Assembly (NCBI GenBank): GCA_963716395.1
Contig: OY970309.1
Span: 3,584,001-3,648,000, forward strand
Direction: 5' to 3'
DNA: 64,000 nt
Origin: an uncultured Fibrobacteria bacterium
GTDB taxonomy: Bacteria; Fibrobacterota; Fibrobacteria; UBA11236
Under the pieces are notes generated by a model that did not search any database, was not told the DNA's origin, and saw only the letters and a list, made by a program, of their open reading frames with translations. Both the position numbers and the translations under genes were made by a program. Shown one piece after another: positions 1 to 9,092 of this stretch (positions are counted from its first letter, which is position 1; the number at the start of each line of letters is the position of its first letter).

Positions 1-637
1 CTTCGCCGTAATCCAAGGAGTCGGCGCGCAAGCGGGCCGGCGTGCCGGTTTTGAGCCGGCGCGTGTGCAAGCCCATCTCCGCCAAACCCCGCGCCAATTC
101 CTGCGCGGCCGGTTCGCCGATACGGCCGCCCGGCGTGCTTTGCATGCCGGTGTGCATCACCGCCCCCAGAAACGTGCCCGAGGTGATGATCACGGTGCGG
201 GCGAACCACTTTTGTCCTGCGCTCAGGCGCAGTTGGAAACCGCCTTCTCCCAACCGATCAAAACCCAGCAACTCGCCGGCAACCAGGGCGAGACCGGGTG
301 TGCGGGACAATTCGGCCTGCATAAAGGCCGCGTATTCGTCCATGTCCATTTGCGCGCGCGGACCCCAAACCGCCGGGCCCTTGGAGCGGTTGAGCATGCG
401 GAATTGAATGCCGGCATGGTCGGCCGCCACGCCCATGAGACCGCCCAAAGCGTCGAGGTCGCGCACCAATTGGCCCTTGGCCACGCCGCCGATGGCGGGA
501 TTGCAGGACATGCGGCCGATGGCGGCCAAATCCAAGGTCACCATGGCCGTACGGCACCCCATGCGCGCGGCCGCCGAAGCTGCTTCGATGCCGGCATGAC
601 CGCCGCCAATCACCACCACGTCGAAAGAGTTTTCCAT
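1..637 (-). CDS. mnmG: tRNA uridine-5-carboxymethylaminomethyl modification enzyme MnmG (5' part; runs off window)
   Basis: Not in the ORF track. Manual translation from ATG at 637 gives MENSFDVVVIGGGHAGIEAASAAARMG...MSCNPAIGG...MLNRSKGPAVWGPRAQ...RLKTGTP, hallmark GidA/MnmG motifs. Confidence 0.95.
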   Translation of the reverse strand, partial: MENSFDVVVIGGGHAGIEAASAAARMGCRTAMVTLDLAAIGRMSCNPAIGGVAKGQLVRDLDALGGLMGVAADHAGIQFRMLNRSKGPAVWGPRAQMDMDEYAAFMQAELSRTPGLALVAGELLGFDRLGEGGFQLRLSAGQKWFARTVIITSGTFLGAVMHTGMQSTPGGRIGEPAAQELARGLAEMGLHTRRLKTGTPARLRADSLDYGE

Positions 638-680
638 ATTTCCGAGCTAATACTAAGTAACTCGCAACCAAGGCGAACCT

Positions 681-1226
681 ATGAAATATTGGCTGATGAA
701 AAGCGAACCCGACGAATTTTCCCTTGAGCATTTGCGGCAACGACCCAAGCAAACCGAGCCCTGGACCGGCGTGCGCAATTATCAGGCGCGCAACCATTTG
801 CGCTCGATGCAACCCGGCGACCGGGTCTTGTTCCACCACAGCAGCGTGACGCCGGCCGGCATTGCGGGCTTGGCCGAAGTCGTTTCTCCCGCCTATCCCG
901 ATCCCACGGCTTTGGACCCGAACTCGCATTATTATGACCCCCGCGCCGCGGCCAAAGGCAATACCTGGGTCGCCGTCAATGTGCGTTTCGTCGCGGCATT
1001 CCCCAGGCTATTGACCCTGGAGGAAATGCACACGCTGCCGGGACTCGAAGACATGCTGGTGTTACGCCGGGGCATGCGGCTGTCAGTGCAGCCGGTCACA
1101 GAAAAGGAATACCGCCTGATCACGGATTGGATGCAGAAGCCCGGCCAATCCCAGGTCGCCGCAAAACCCCACGCCACACTTCATGCGAAGGTTAAACCCA
1201 AACCCCAAAAACAGAAAAAGGCCTGA
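681..1226 (+). CDS. EVE domain protein
   Basis: MKYWLMKSEP...WTGVRNYQARN...YYDP...RLSVQPV is the typical EVE/Thy28 pattern. Confidence 0.9.
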   Translation: MKYWLMKSEPDEFSLEHLRQRPKQTEPWTGVRNYQARNHLRSMQPGDRVLFHHSSVTPAGIAGLAEVVSPAYPDPTALDPNSHYYDPRAAAKGNTWVAVNVRFVAAFPRLLTLEEMHTLPGLEDMLVLRRGMRLSVQPVTEKEYRLITDWMQKPGQSQVAAKPHATLHAKVKPKPQKQKKA

Positions 1227-1280
1227 TTTCTCTGCCGGCGAAAATCCTTGCCGCCTTGCACTTGCTTTTATTTTTGTGTT

Positions 1281-1556
1281 ATGGAACCCCGCCTACAAGA
1301 AAGCGTAAAACCTCCGCTGGTTCCGGAGGTGGAAGGCCTGTTTCCGGCCGGTCAACGGGAACATTTTGAACGCTATTTGCGCGAAGAACGAATTCTACAG
1401 CAGTTGCGCCAGATATTACGCCGTAACAATTCGCCCCCGGTGGCAGAGCCCGAAGCTCCCGATCGTTACGAGCCGCAACGGCTCACGCGAAAAATCTGCT
1501 GGCAGTACGATGTGAACGCGCGGCGCATTCCCCTCTTGCGTCGACCCTATATCTGA
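1281..1556 (+). CDS. hypothetical protein
   Basis: ORF fills the gap, probable ATG at 1281 (MEPRLQES); no recognised motif. Confidence 0.45.
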   Translation: MEPRLQESVKPPLVPEVEGLFPAGQREHFERYLREERILQQLRQILRRNNSPPVAEPEAPDRYEPQRLTRKICWQYDVNARRIPLLRRPYI

Positions 1557-1592
1557 TACCCGACGCTGGCGAAGGCGCAGCGGCGGAGGATT

Positions 1593-2042
1593 TTATTGCA
1601 CGATGGTCAAATTCGACGTCCACACGTCGTTATCACCTGAGTCGGTGGATAAAATCAAAACATAGCTGGTGTCTGCGCCGGCTTGCACGATGGTCCAATC
1701 GGTGGATCCGACATCGGCCAGCATGGGCCAGACGGTACCGGTTTCATCTTGGATGGCGAGCTTCCATTGCCCTGCCGGAATTTTGAAACTGACGGTGGCA
1801 TTTTCGGGTACGCTCCCCACCGTGGTCGAGGGGGCGGTGATGTCGACCACATTCGAGGCATAAAGCAGCAGCGTGAAAGCCCCCGGGTCACGGGTGACAT
1901 TATTGGTCACGCTGAGGGTGGCGGAATCACCGCCGTTAGTGGTTCCTCCGGTCGGGCTGGTGACCCCGCCGAAATCAACGGGCTGGCACGCCGCCATCAA
2001 GCCGCCGAGCAAGGCCATTGCGGCCCACCGTTTCGCCTTCAT
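1593..2042 (-). CDS. hypothetical lipoprotein
   Basis: MKAKRWAAMALLGGLMAAC has a lipobox (MAAC), followed by a Gly/Thr-rich linker and a beta-rich domain. Confidence 0.7.
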   Translation of the reverse strand: MKAKRWAAMALLGGLMAACQPVDFGGVTSPTGGTTNGGDSATLSVTNNVTRDPGAFTLLLYASNVVDITAPSTTVGSVPENATVSFKIPAGQWKLAIQDETGTVWPMLADVGSTDWTIVQAGADTSYVLILSTDSGDNDVWTSNLTIVQ

Positions 2043-2077
2043 AATCGACCCCCGTTGCATATTGTACAATGGCCCGA

Positions 2078-3205
2078 CTAGGGAAGGTAGACACGCCGCA
2101 CCCTCGACCCCAGCGAGCAGATAATATCGTAGGGATGCGTGTGTTTCAGGCGCGCCCAGTCTTCGATGGTGATTTCGTTCCGGCCCGCATGCCCCACCAG
2201 CACCACCTCGTCGCCCACCTTGGCGGTGGGACAGGGTTCGAGGTCGACGGTGAGGTAGTCCATGGAAACTCTGCCGATGATGGGACAGGGCCGGCCCCGA
2301 ATCAGCACATGCCCGGCATTGCTGGCCGACAAGGGCACGCCGTCGGCATAGCCTGCGGGAAGGGTTCCCACCCAGGTGTCGCGCGGCAAAACATAGGTGC
2401 AACCATAACCGATGGTGAACCCCGCCGGCAGACGGCGCCGGGCCAGCAAGATGCTTTTCAGGCTCAGCGAGGGTGAAAGCCGATAGGTGCGCAAGCCGAG
2501 CAGATCGAACACACCATAAAGGTTGATGCCCGTGCGCACAAGGTTGAAATAGGCGGAAGGAAAATTATTGATGCCGTCGGAATTGGCCATGTGCCTCAGG
2601 GGAAAACGAATTCCCCGGTTTTCCAGGCGGAGCACGATGTTCTGGAACAGGCGTATCTGTTGACGTGATTTGCGATGGCGGGGATGATTGGCGTCGGCGA
2701 AATGGGAAAAAATGCCTTCCAACGAGAGTCCCGGCAGTTTCAGAATGCGTTCGACCGCGGCTTCGGCGGAGAAATGCGGAAGCCCCAACCGACCCATGCC
2801 GGTGTCGATTTTAATATGCACGGTGACGGTTTTTCGCTGGCGTAAGGCCTCGCGGGAGAGCAGTTGGGCCGTGCGCAAGTCGGGTACGGGACAGATAATG
2901 CCATGGCGAATGCAGTCGGGAATCTCGCGGTCGAGCAATCCGCTCAGGATCTGGACGGGTTGGGGCAAACTTCGCCGCAGGGCCAGAGCTTCGCCGAGTT
3001 CGGCGACTCCGAAGCGATCCACGCCGGCTTCCGCCAAAACCCGGGCCACCGGCAACGCCCCTAAACCGTAGGCATCGGCCTTGAGCACGGCCATTACCGC
3101 GGCCGGACGCACGGTACGGCGGATGCGGAGAAAATTCCGCCGGATGGCGCGTTCGCTGACTTCGAGCCACACGCGCGCGGAAGGTGCAGAATGTCGGAAA
3201 GGCAT
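2078..3205 (-). CDS. alr: alanine racemase
   Basis: VLKADAYG PLP-lysine motif, HIKIDTGMGRLG, GYADG, GRVSMD. Real start is near 3205; the longer ORF-track extension is antisense to the pentapeptide gene. Confidence 0.95.
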   Translation of the reverse strand: MPFRHSAPSARVWLEVSERAIRRNFLRIRRTVRPAAVMAVLKADAYGLGALPVARVLAEAGVDRFGVAELGEALALRRSLPQPVQILSGLLDREIPDCIRHGIICPVPDLRTAQLLSREALRQRKTVTVHIKIDTGMGRLGLPHFSAEAAVERILKLPGLSLEGIFSHFADANHPRHRKSRQQIRLFQNIVLRLENRGIRFPLRHMANSDGINNFPSAYFNLVRTGINLYGVFDLLGLRTYRLSPSLSLKSILLARRRLPAGFTIGYGCTYVLPRDTWVGTLPAGYADGVPLSASNAGHVLIRGRPCPIIGRVSMDYLTVDLEPCPTAKVGDEVVLVGHAGRNEITIEDWARLKHTHPYDIICSLGSRVRRVYLP

Positions 3206-3292
3206 GCCGAATACCCTCGAATATTTACCTTTTACGCGATGGAAACCGATTTGCGACTCAGAAAATGGGCGGTAGCCTCTAAAGGAGAAAGC

Positions 3293-4474
3293 ATGTCCCA
3301 TGTTGCCAAAATTTTGACGTGGGGATTGGTGTTGGCCATGGGTGCGGGAATCAGCGCGGCCGACGAAACACATCACGGCGAAAACATGGCCCAGTTGGGG
3401 TATGCCAACCGTGATCTCTCCGGCGACCGTTTTATCGACTGCACCTTGGACGGCGCCCATTTCAACCAGACCATCGGAGACAAGCCCTCCTTCGAAGGTT
3501 CGACGGGCGACAAGGTGAATTTCAATTCGACCCAACTCGTCAAGGCCAATTTCCACGGAGCCAAATTCACCCATTCCGATTTTAACGCCTCGGATTTGCG
3601 CAATGCCGACTTTTCCAAAGCCGTACTCGATCATTCCGATTTTAAGAATGCGGTGTTGCTCGGCTCCGATTTTTCCGAATCCTCTTTGGCCGGCGTCAAT
3701 TTCAAAGAGACCAAGTTCGACGGCGACATCGACTTCTCCAAAGCCAATCTCGCAGGCGCGCAATTCCGCGACAACAGTCTGGAAGGATCCGACTTTTCCA
3801 AAACCGACATGAAGGGCGCCCAATTCATCAACGTCAAATTGGATCGCGCCGACTTCCGGGGGGCGACCTGGGCCAATACCATCCTGACCGAATGCACGCT
3901 TTCCGACGCGCATTTCAACGACATTCATGCCGCGGCCGTCAATCTGACCAGCTCCAACCTGGTCGAGGCCGACCTGCGCGGCTTTCACTGCGACGGCTGT
4001 ACTTTGGATCAAACCGACTTCAGCTATACCCGGCTTGGCGGAACGAATTTCAACCGCTGCAGTTTCGCGCAGGCGGTGTTCATGAATGCCGACATGTCCG
4101 GCGTGCTATTTACCCAATGCAATTTGACCGGCGCCAGCTTCGAACAAAAATCCCTCGACGATGCCGACTTCACCAAAGCGCGGCTCGCGAAAGCCAAGTT
4201 CAACTGCAAAAAAATCAGCGGGGTGAAGTTCAATGATGCCGACCTGAGCGGAGCCGACTTCACCGGGGCCGAGCTCTTCGATTGCGATTTTTCCGGAGCG
4301 GATCTCTCCAATGTGCGCTTCACCGGCGCCTTCATCACCGGCTGCGATTTCAGCGGCGCCAATCTGGCCACGGTGTTCTGGACCCCGCAAAACCTGAAGA
4401 AGAACGTGTACGATGCGCAAACGCGCTTTCCCGTCTCGTACAATCTGAATCCGCTGCAAATGCATCGCCACTAA
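3293..4474 (+). CDS. secreted pentapeptide repeat protein
   Basis: Signal peptide (MSHVAKILTWGLVLAMGAGISA), then continuous A(D/N)(F/L)xx repeats; AAGGAG RBS upstream. Confidence 0.9.
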   Translation: MSHVAKILTWGLVLAMGAGISAADETHHGENMAQLGYANRDLSGDRFIDCTLDGAHFNQTIGDKPSFEGSTGDKVNFNSTQLVKANFHGAKFTHSDFNASDLRNADFSKAVLDHSDFKNAVLLGSDFSESSLAGVNFKETKFDGDIDFSKANLAGAQFRDNSLEGSDFSKTDMKGAQFINVKLDRADFRGATWANTILTECTLSDAHFNDIHAAAVNLTSSNLVEADLRGFHCDGCTLDQTDFSYTRLGGTNFNRCSFAQAVFMNADMSGVLFTQCNLTGASFEQKSLDDADFTKARLAKAKFNCKKISGVKFNDADLSGADFTGAELFDCDFSGADLSNVRFTGAFITGCDFSGANLATVFWTPQNLKKNVYDAQTRFPVSYNLNPLQMHRH

Positions 4475-4531
4475 TCGCGGCGCGTACTTCGGCGTAAACC
4501 TCACCACCATCCGAATTGTTATCGTTGCTTT

Positions 4532-5830
4532 ATGCGACGCCAAATCCTGCATGCCGGCGCCGCGGAACTCGTCTATGAGATCCGCGAGATCGTCAAGAAA
4601 GCCCAGTTGTTTCAGAATCTGGGCGTGGAAATTTTTTGGGAAAATATCGGCGACCCGGTGCAAAAAGGCGCGCCCATTCCCGATTGGATGAAGGAAATCG
4701 TTGCCGGTTTGGCGCGCGTATCCTCCAGCTACGGTTATTGCCCCACCAAGGGCGTCTTGGCCACGCGCGAGTTTCTGGCGCGGCGCACCAACGCCCTGGG
4801 CGGCGCGCAGATTACCGCCGAAGACATTCTTTTCTGCAACGGCGTGGGCGATGCCATCAACAAGGTGTACCAATACCTCGATGCCGGGGCACGCGTCATC
4901 GGACCCTCGCCGGCGTATTCGACCCATTCGTCGGCCGAGGGCGGGCATGCCGGCCGGCCGCCCCTCACCTATCGCCTGCATCCGGAAAACCATTGGTATC
5001 CCGACATGGCCGAGTTGCGCCGCCAGGTGCAGGGCAACCCGGATATCGTGGGCATTCTCATCATCAATCCCGACAACCCCACGGGCATGGTGTACCCCGA
5101 ATCGACGCTGAAAGAAATCGTGGCCCTGGCCCGGGAATTCGGGCTGTTCATACTCGCCGACGAGATTTACACCAAGATCACCTATAACGGCGCGAAGGCC
5201 GTGCAATTGGCCGAAGTCATCGGCGAAGTCTGCGGCATCGCCATGAAAGGCGTATCCAAGGAGTTACCCTGGCCCGGCGCGCGCTGCGGCTGGCTCGAAT
5301 TCTATAACACTGCACGCGATTCCGAATTCGCGAAATTGGTGAAGGCCATTGAAGACGGCAAGATGCTCGAAGTGTGCTCGACCACCTTGCCGCAACTGGC
5401 CATTCCTCCGATTCTCGGCGACCCGCGCTTTCCCGCGCACCGCGAAGCCCTGAACCAGGCCATTGCGCGCCGGGGCGACGTGGTGTATGAAACCTTGAGC
5501 GATCTGCCCGGATTGCTCGTGAACAAAACCTTCGGTGCGTTTTACAACACCATTCTGTTCCGGCCCGGAGTCTTGCAGCCGCATCAGAAGCTGAAGGTCC
5601 CGAATGCCGAAGCCGCCCAGCTGGTGGAAACCATGGTGCACAACGTGCCGCTCGATAAGCGCTTCGTGTATTACGTCTTGGCCGCCACCGGTATTTGCGT
5701 GGTGCCGATTTCGTCTTTCTGCTCCGACTTGTTGGGATTCCGGGTCACCCTGCTCGAAGAAAATCCCGAACGCATGCGGTGGATTTACCAGCGGTTGCGC
5801 CTGGCGATATTGGAATATTTGGAGTCGTAG
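4532..5830 (+). CDS. PLP-dependent class I/II aminotransferase (AlaA-like)
   Basis: NIGDP, INPDNPTG, ADEIY, GVSK...PGARCGW motifs. Confidence 0.9.
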   Translation: MRRQILHAGAAELVYEIREIVKKAQLFQNLGVEIFWENIGDPVQKGAPIPDWMKEIVAGLARVSSSYGYCPTKGVLATREFLARRTNALGGAQITAEDILFCNGVGDAINKVYQYLDAGARVIGPSPAYSTHSSAEGGHAGRPPLTYRLHPENHWYPDMAELRRQVQGNPDIVGILIINPDNPTGMVYPESTLKEIVALAREFGLFILADEIYTKITYNGAKAVQLAEVIGEVCGIAMKGVSKELPWPGARCGWLEFYNTARDSEFAKLVKAIEDGKMLEVCSTTLPQLAIPPILGDPRFPAHREALNQAIARRGDVVYETLSDLPGLLVNKTFGAFYNTILFRPGVLQPHQKLKVPNAEAAQLVETMVHNVPLDKRFVYYVLAATGICVVPISSFCSDLLGFRVTLLEENPERMRWIYQRLRLAILEYLES

Positions 5831-5849
5831 GCGGGAATTATAAGAGTGT

Positions 5850-6155
5850 ATGAAGCACACTTTGGCGAAAGTGGTGGGATTAAAACACGTCGCGGATTAT
5901 ACGTTGGAAATCGCGTTTGACGATGGCACCTCTCAGCGCATCGATTTCTTTCCATTTCTGAAAGGCCCACTTTTTGAACCCTTGTGTGACAAGATTTTTT
6001 TTGCCCAGGTAAAAGTTGATCCCGAGGCATACACCTTGGTGTGGCCGAATGACGCGGATTTCGATTCCGGCATGCTGCATGACTGGAACGAAATGAAAGT
6101 GGAATTTCACGCACAAATCACGGGAAATATCCCGCCAATCCTATCTGCCAATTGA
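5850..6155 (+). CDS. DUF2442-family protein (putative antitoxin)
   Basis: Y.L.I.FDDG...GPLFEPL.D..FF.QV.VD...TLVWPNDADFD pattern. Confidence 0.75.
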   Translation: MKHTLAKVVGLKHVADYTLEIAFDDGTSQRIDFFPFLKGPLFEPLCDKIFFAQVKVDPEAYTLVWPNDADFDSGMLHDWNEMKVEFHAQITGNIPPILSAN

Positions 6156-6234
6156 GCTGTACTCCTCACGAAGTACCCGTCGTGGCCCGATGACGAAATT
6201 TTTTTGCCCAGGTAAGACAGAATGGCGGGCCCGT

Positions 6235-7209
6235 TCAGAACACGGGGCCATTGTCGGGAGCCGCGTCGGCCGAAGTGTCTTCCGAGGTGGAAGAATCGAA
6301 TTCAGGCACGGGAGAATTGGACCGTAATCCCTTCCAGCGCCGCGCCACCAACTCCTCATCGAGGCTATCGTACACCCCGCGCATCCAACCCGGCGCCGTG
6401 GTGTCGGCCAAGGATTTCAAGCCTTTGAACAAAGCGTAGTTGCGCAAAACCTGGCGCTTGTGGGAAAGAAAGCCCGCGCTGGGCCGACGCGGATTCCAAT
6501 GCGTGGGCGCCGGCAACAGGCATACTAGGTCGAGCATCTCCTCTTGGTTCAACTGCGGCAGGGGTTTGTGAAAATCCCGGAGCGCGGCCTCGCGCACCCC
6601 GAAAACGCCGGGGCCGAATTGGGCCGTGTTCAGGTAGATCTCGAGAATGCGGTTCTTGTCCAAGGTGTTCTCCAGCAGCAAGGTGATGGCCGCCTCCTGC
6701 AATTTGCGCTGGATGTCTTTTTTGCTGTTGAGATACAGGTTTTTGGCCAGTTGCTGGGTGATGGTGCTGGCCCCGCGCGCCGGTCTGCCGGCCTGGTGAT
6801 TGGCCACCATGGCGTATTCCATCTGCTCCCAGTCAAATCCTTCATGACTGTAGAACTTGGCATCTTCGGCCACAATCGCCAATTGCGCCAGGGTTTTGGG
6901 AATGGAATCCAGCGGAATCCAGCTCCAATAAATGGTCGTATCCGGGGGCTTTGTTCCCCGGCGCAAGGCCGACTGTAGGCTGTCGTGCAAGGCCGCCCGC
7001 TGTGCTGCGATGAAGGCCGTGGTAGCCGGCGGATGATCGCGCAGGGAACGGATTTCCCGCACGTGGAAAAACGCCATGGTGCGGAAGAACAACACCAGAA
7101 CGGCCACCAGCACAGCCCCCAGGGCCAATTGGTATAAGGCCCAAATCGTCAACCAGACGAATTTCACAATCCGGAACATCAGTTTGAGATAGAAGCGCAA
7201 GGCGAGCAT
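6235..7209 (-). CDS. mtgA: monofunctional peptidoglycan transglycosylase (GT51)
   Basis: EDAKF, GASTITQQLAKNLY, RKLQE, ILEIYLN motifs; N-terminal TM segment. Confidence 0.9.
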   Translation of the reverse strand: MLALRFYLKLMFRIVKFVWLTIWALYQLALGAVLVAVLVLFFRTMAFFHVREIRSLRDHPPATTAFIAAQRAALHDSLQSALRRGTKPPDTTIYWSWIPLDSIPKTLAQLAIVAEDAKFYSHEGFDWEQMEYAMVANHQAGRPARGASTITQQLAKNLYLNSKKDIQRKLQEAAITLLLENTLDKNRILEIYLNTAQFGPGVFGVREAALRDFHKPLPQLNQEEMLDLVCLLPAPTHWNPRRPSAGFLSHKRQVLRNYALFKGLKSLADTTAPGWMRGVYDSLDEELVARRWKGLRSNSPVPEFDSSTSEDTSADAAPDNGPVF

Positions 7210-7326
7210 GGTGTGAAACCCGGGCAGGAAAATGTACTTAGGCGGCCGGGACGTTAGGTTGCCGGGACGAACCGGCAAGCTTTCTGTTATCTTCGCCGCT
7301 ATGCTTTCTTGGGTTACGGCGCGGAC

Positions 7327-8103
7327 ATGACCCGGTTCAGACCTTGCATCGATTTGCATGCCGGCCAGGTGAAACAAATCGTGGGCGGCAGTTGGCGCGA
7401 TAACGCCGGCCCCCAGACGAATTTCGTGTCCGATCGCGATGCGGCGTATTACGCGGGTTTGTACCGCGACCAGGGTTTATCCGGCGGCCATGTCATCGCC
7501 TTGGGGCCGGGCAATGAAGCAGCGGCCAAATCCGCGTTGCGGGCCTTTCCCGGGGGCCTGCAAATGGGCGGTGGCATCGGGCCGGAGAACGCGCGGGATT
7601 ATCTCGAAGCGGGCGCCAGCCATGTCATCGTTACCTCGTGGTTGTTCGCCCACGGCCGGCTCGACCGCGATCGCCTGCGGGAGTTGTCGCAACGCGTGGG
7701 TCCGGAGAGACTGGTCGTGGATTTGAGTTGCCGCCGCCAGGGAGACGGCTGGTACGTGGCCATCAATCGTTGGCAAACCGTGACCGAAGTGAAAATCGCT
7801 TCCGAACTTTTCCAAGCCCTGGCCGGAACCTGCGCCGAATACTTGATCCACGCGGCCGACGTCGAAGGCCTGCGGCAGGGCGTGGACTGGGACTTGGTCC
7901 GGCATCTGTCGGGGCTGGTGGAATTGCCCACCACCTATGCCGGCGGAGCCTCGTCGCTGCAGGATTTGCCGCGCATGCAAGCCGAAAGCGGCGGCCGCAT
8001 CGACCTGACCATCGGCAGCGCACTCGATATTTTCGGCGGGGCCGAAGTGCGCTTGGCCGATTGTGTGGCGTGGAACCGCAGGCCGGGCGCCGGGGCGGCC
8101 TGA
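7327..8103 (+). CDS. hisA: ProFAR isomerase, eukaryote (His6)-type
   Basis: MTRFRPCIDLHAGQVKQIVGG, HAADVEG, DLTIGSALDIFGG match the His6-type HisA. Confidence 0.9.
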   Translation: MTRFRPCIDLHAGQVKQIVGGSWRDNAGPQTNFVSDRDAAYYAGLYRDQGLSGGHVIALGPGNEAAAKSALRAFPGGLQMGGGIGPENARDYLEAGASHVIVTSWLFAHGRLDRDRLRELSQRVGPERLVVDLSCRRQGDGWYVAINRWQTVTEVKIASELFQALAGTCAEYLIHAADVEGLRQGVDWDLVRHLSGLVELPTTYAGGASSLQDLPRMQAESGGRIDLTIGSALDIFGGAEVRLADCVAWNRRPGAGAA

Positions 8104-8114
8104 AGGCAAGCGCG

Positions 8115-9008
8115 TTGCAGGGCGAAGAAGAGATTCCACCGCGGCATCCCGAGCGGGTGGAATTGCGCCGCGCGGACGGCAAAGATCCGATTCTCGAAGC
8201 CTCGCTGGTCTTGGCCTCGCAAGGCCTCAAACATTGGATTGAATTCGACGGCCGCGATTTCATTCTCAGCGTCGAAGCCGGCGACGCTGAGACGGGCCGA
8301 AAAATCCTGGCGCAATACGAAAGCGAAAACCTGGGATTCAATCCGCCGGAAGAAACCGGCGTGCCGCCGCTGGACCTGTATCTTTCGCCCTTGATCCATC
8401 TCGCCATTCCGGTGGGCGTGTATTTCTGGGCCGACCCCTGGCAACCCGGGATCACCCGGCGCGGGGGGGCCGACGCCGCTAAAATCCTGGCGGGAGAATG
8501 GTGGCGCACCTTGACCGCCACCTCGCTGCATGCCGGCGACGAGCATTTGCTGGGTAATATGCTCTCGGGATTTTTCATCCTCAACCTGCTGCGCCGGCGC
8601 TGTGGACCGGGTGTTTCCATGCTGGTGCTGACCTTGGCCGCCATGCTGACCAATGCCCTGGTGGCCGCGCTTTCCGCTCCCGAGCATTTATCCATCGGCT
8701 TTTCCACCGTGGTGTTCGCGGCCTTGGGAATGCTGGCCGGGCTGGAAACGCTGCACATGCCCCGGCATCCCCTGCGCGGTTTGCGCAGCGTGGCGCCGCT
8801 GCTGGCCGCGCTCTGTTTGGCCGTGCTGGTGGGCATCGGCAAAGACATCGATGTCAAGGCGCATTTCTTCGGTTTCGCCCTGGGCGCCGCAGCCTCACCT
8901 CTGGTTCCCAAGCTGGAACGCGCCTGCAAGCCCTGGCCCTGGCAGGCCGCAGGAGTGGCCTTGGTTTACGCTTTGTATGCCTGGTGTTGGCACCTGGCGC
9001 TGCGGTGA
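8115..9008 (+). CDS. rhomboid family intramembrane serine protease
   Basis: EWWR, HLLGN, GFS (GxS) and AHFFG motifs with several TM helices; start (TTG 8115) is tentative. Confidence 0.85.
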   Translation: MQGEEEIPPRHPERVELRRADGKDPILEASLVLASQGLKHWIEFDGRDFILSVEAGDAETGRKILAQYESENLGFNPPEETGVPPLDLYLSPLIHLAIPVGVYFWADPWQPGITRRGGADAAKILAGEWWRTLTATSLHAGDEHLLGNMLSGFFILNLLRRRCGPGVSMLVLTLAAMLTNALVAALSAPEHLSIGFSTVVFAALGMLAGLETLHMPRHPLRGLRSVAPLLAALCLAVLVGIGKDIDVKAHFFGFALGAAASPLVPKLERACKPWPWQAAGVALVYALYAWCWHLALR

Positions 9009-9092
9009 GAATTTTTAAACCCTACCTGCTTCCTCACAGGGGCGAAATACCTCACTGTATTCGCCAGCTTGAAGGCGATGGCATCCGCCCTG

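Noticed and set aside
42-929. ORF-track ORFs 42..407, 65..727 and 258..929
   Set aside because: Shadow frames of mnmG and the EVE gene.
2078-4012. 644-aa alanine racemase fusion
   Set aside because: The extension beyond 3205 is the antisense of the pentapeptide repeat gene.
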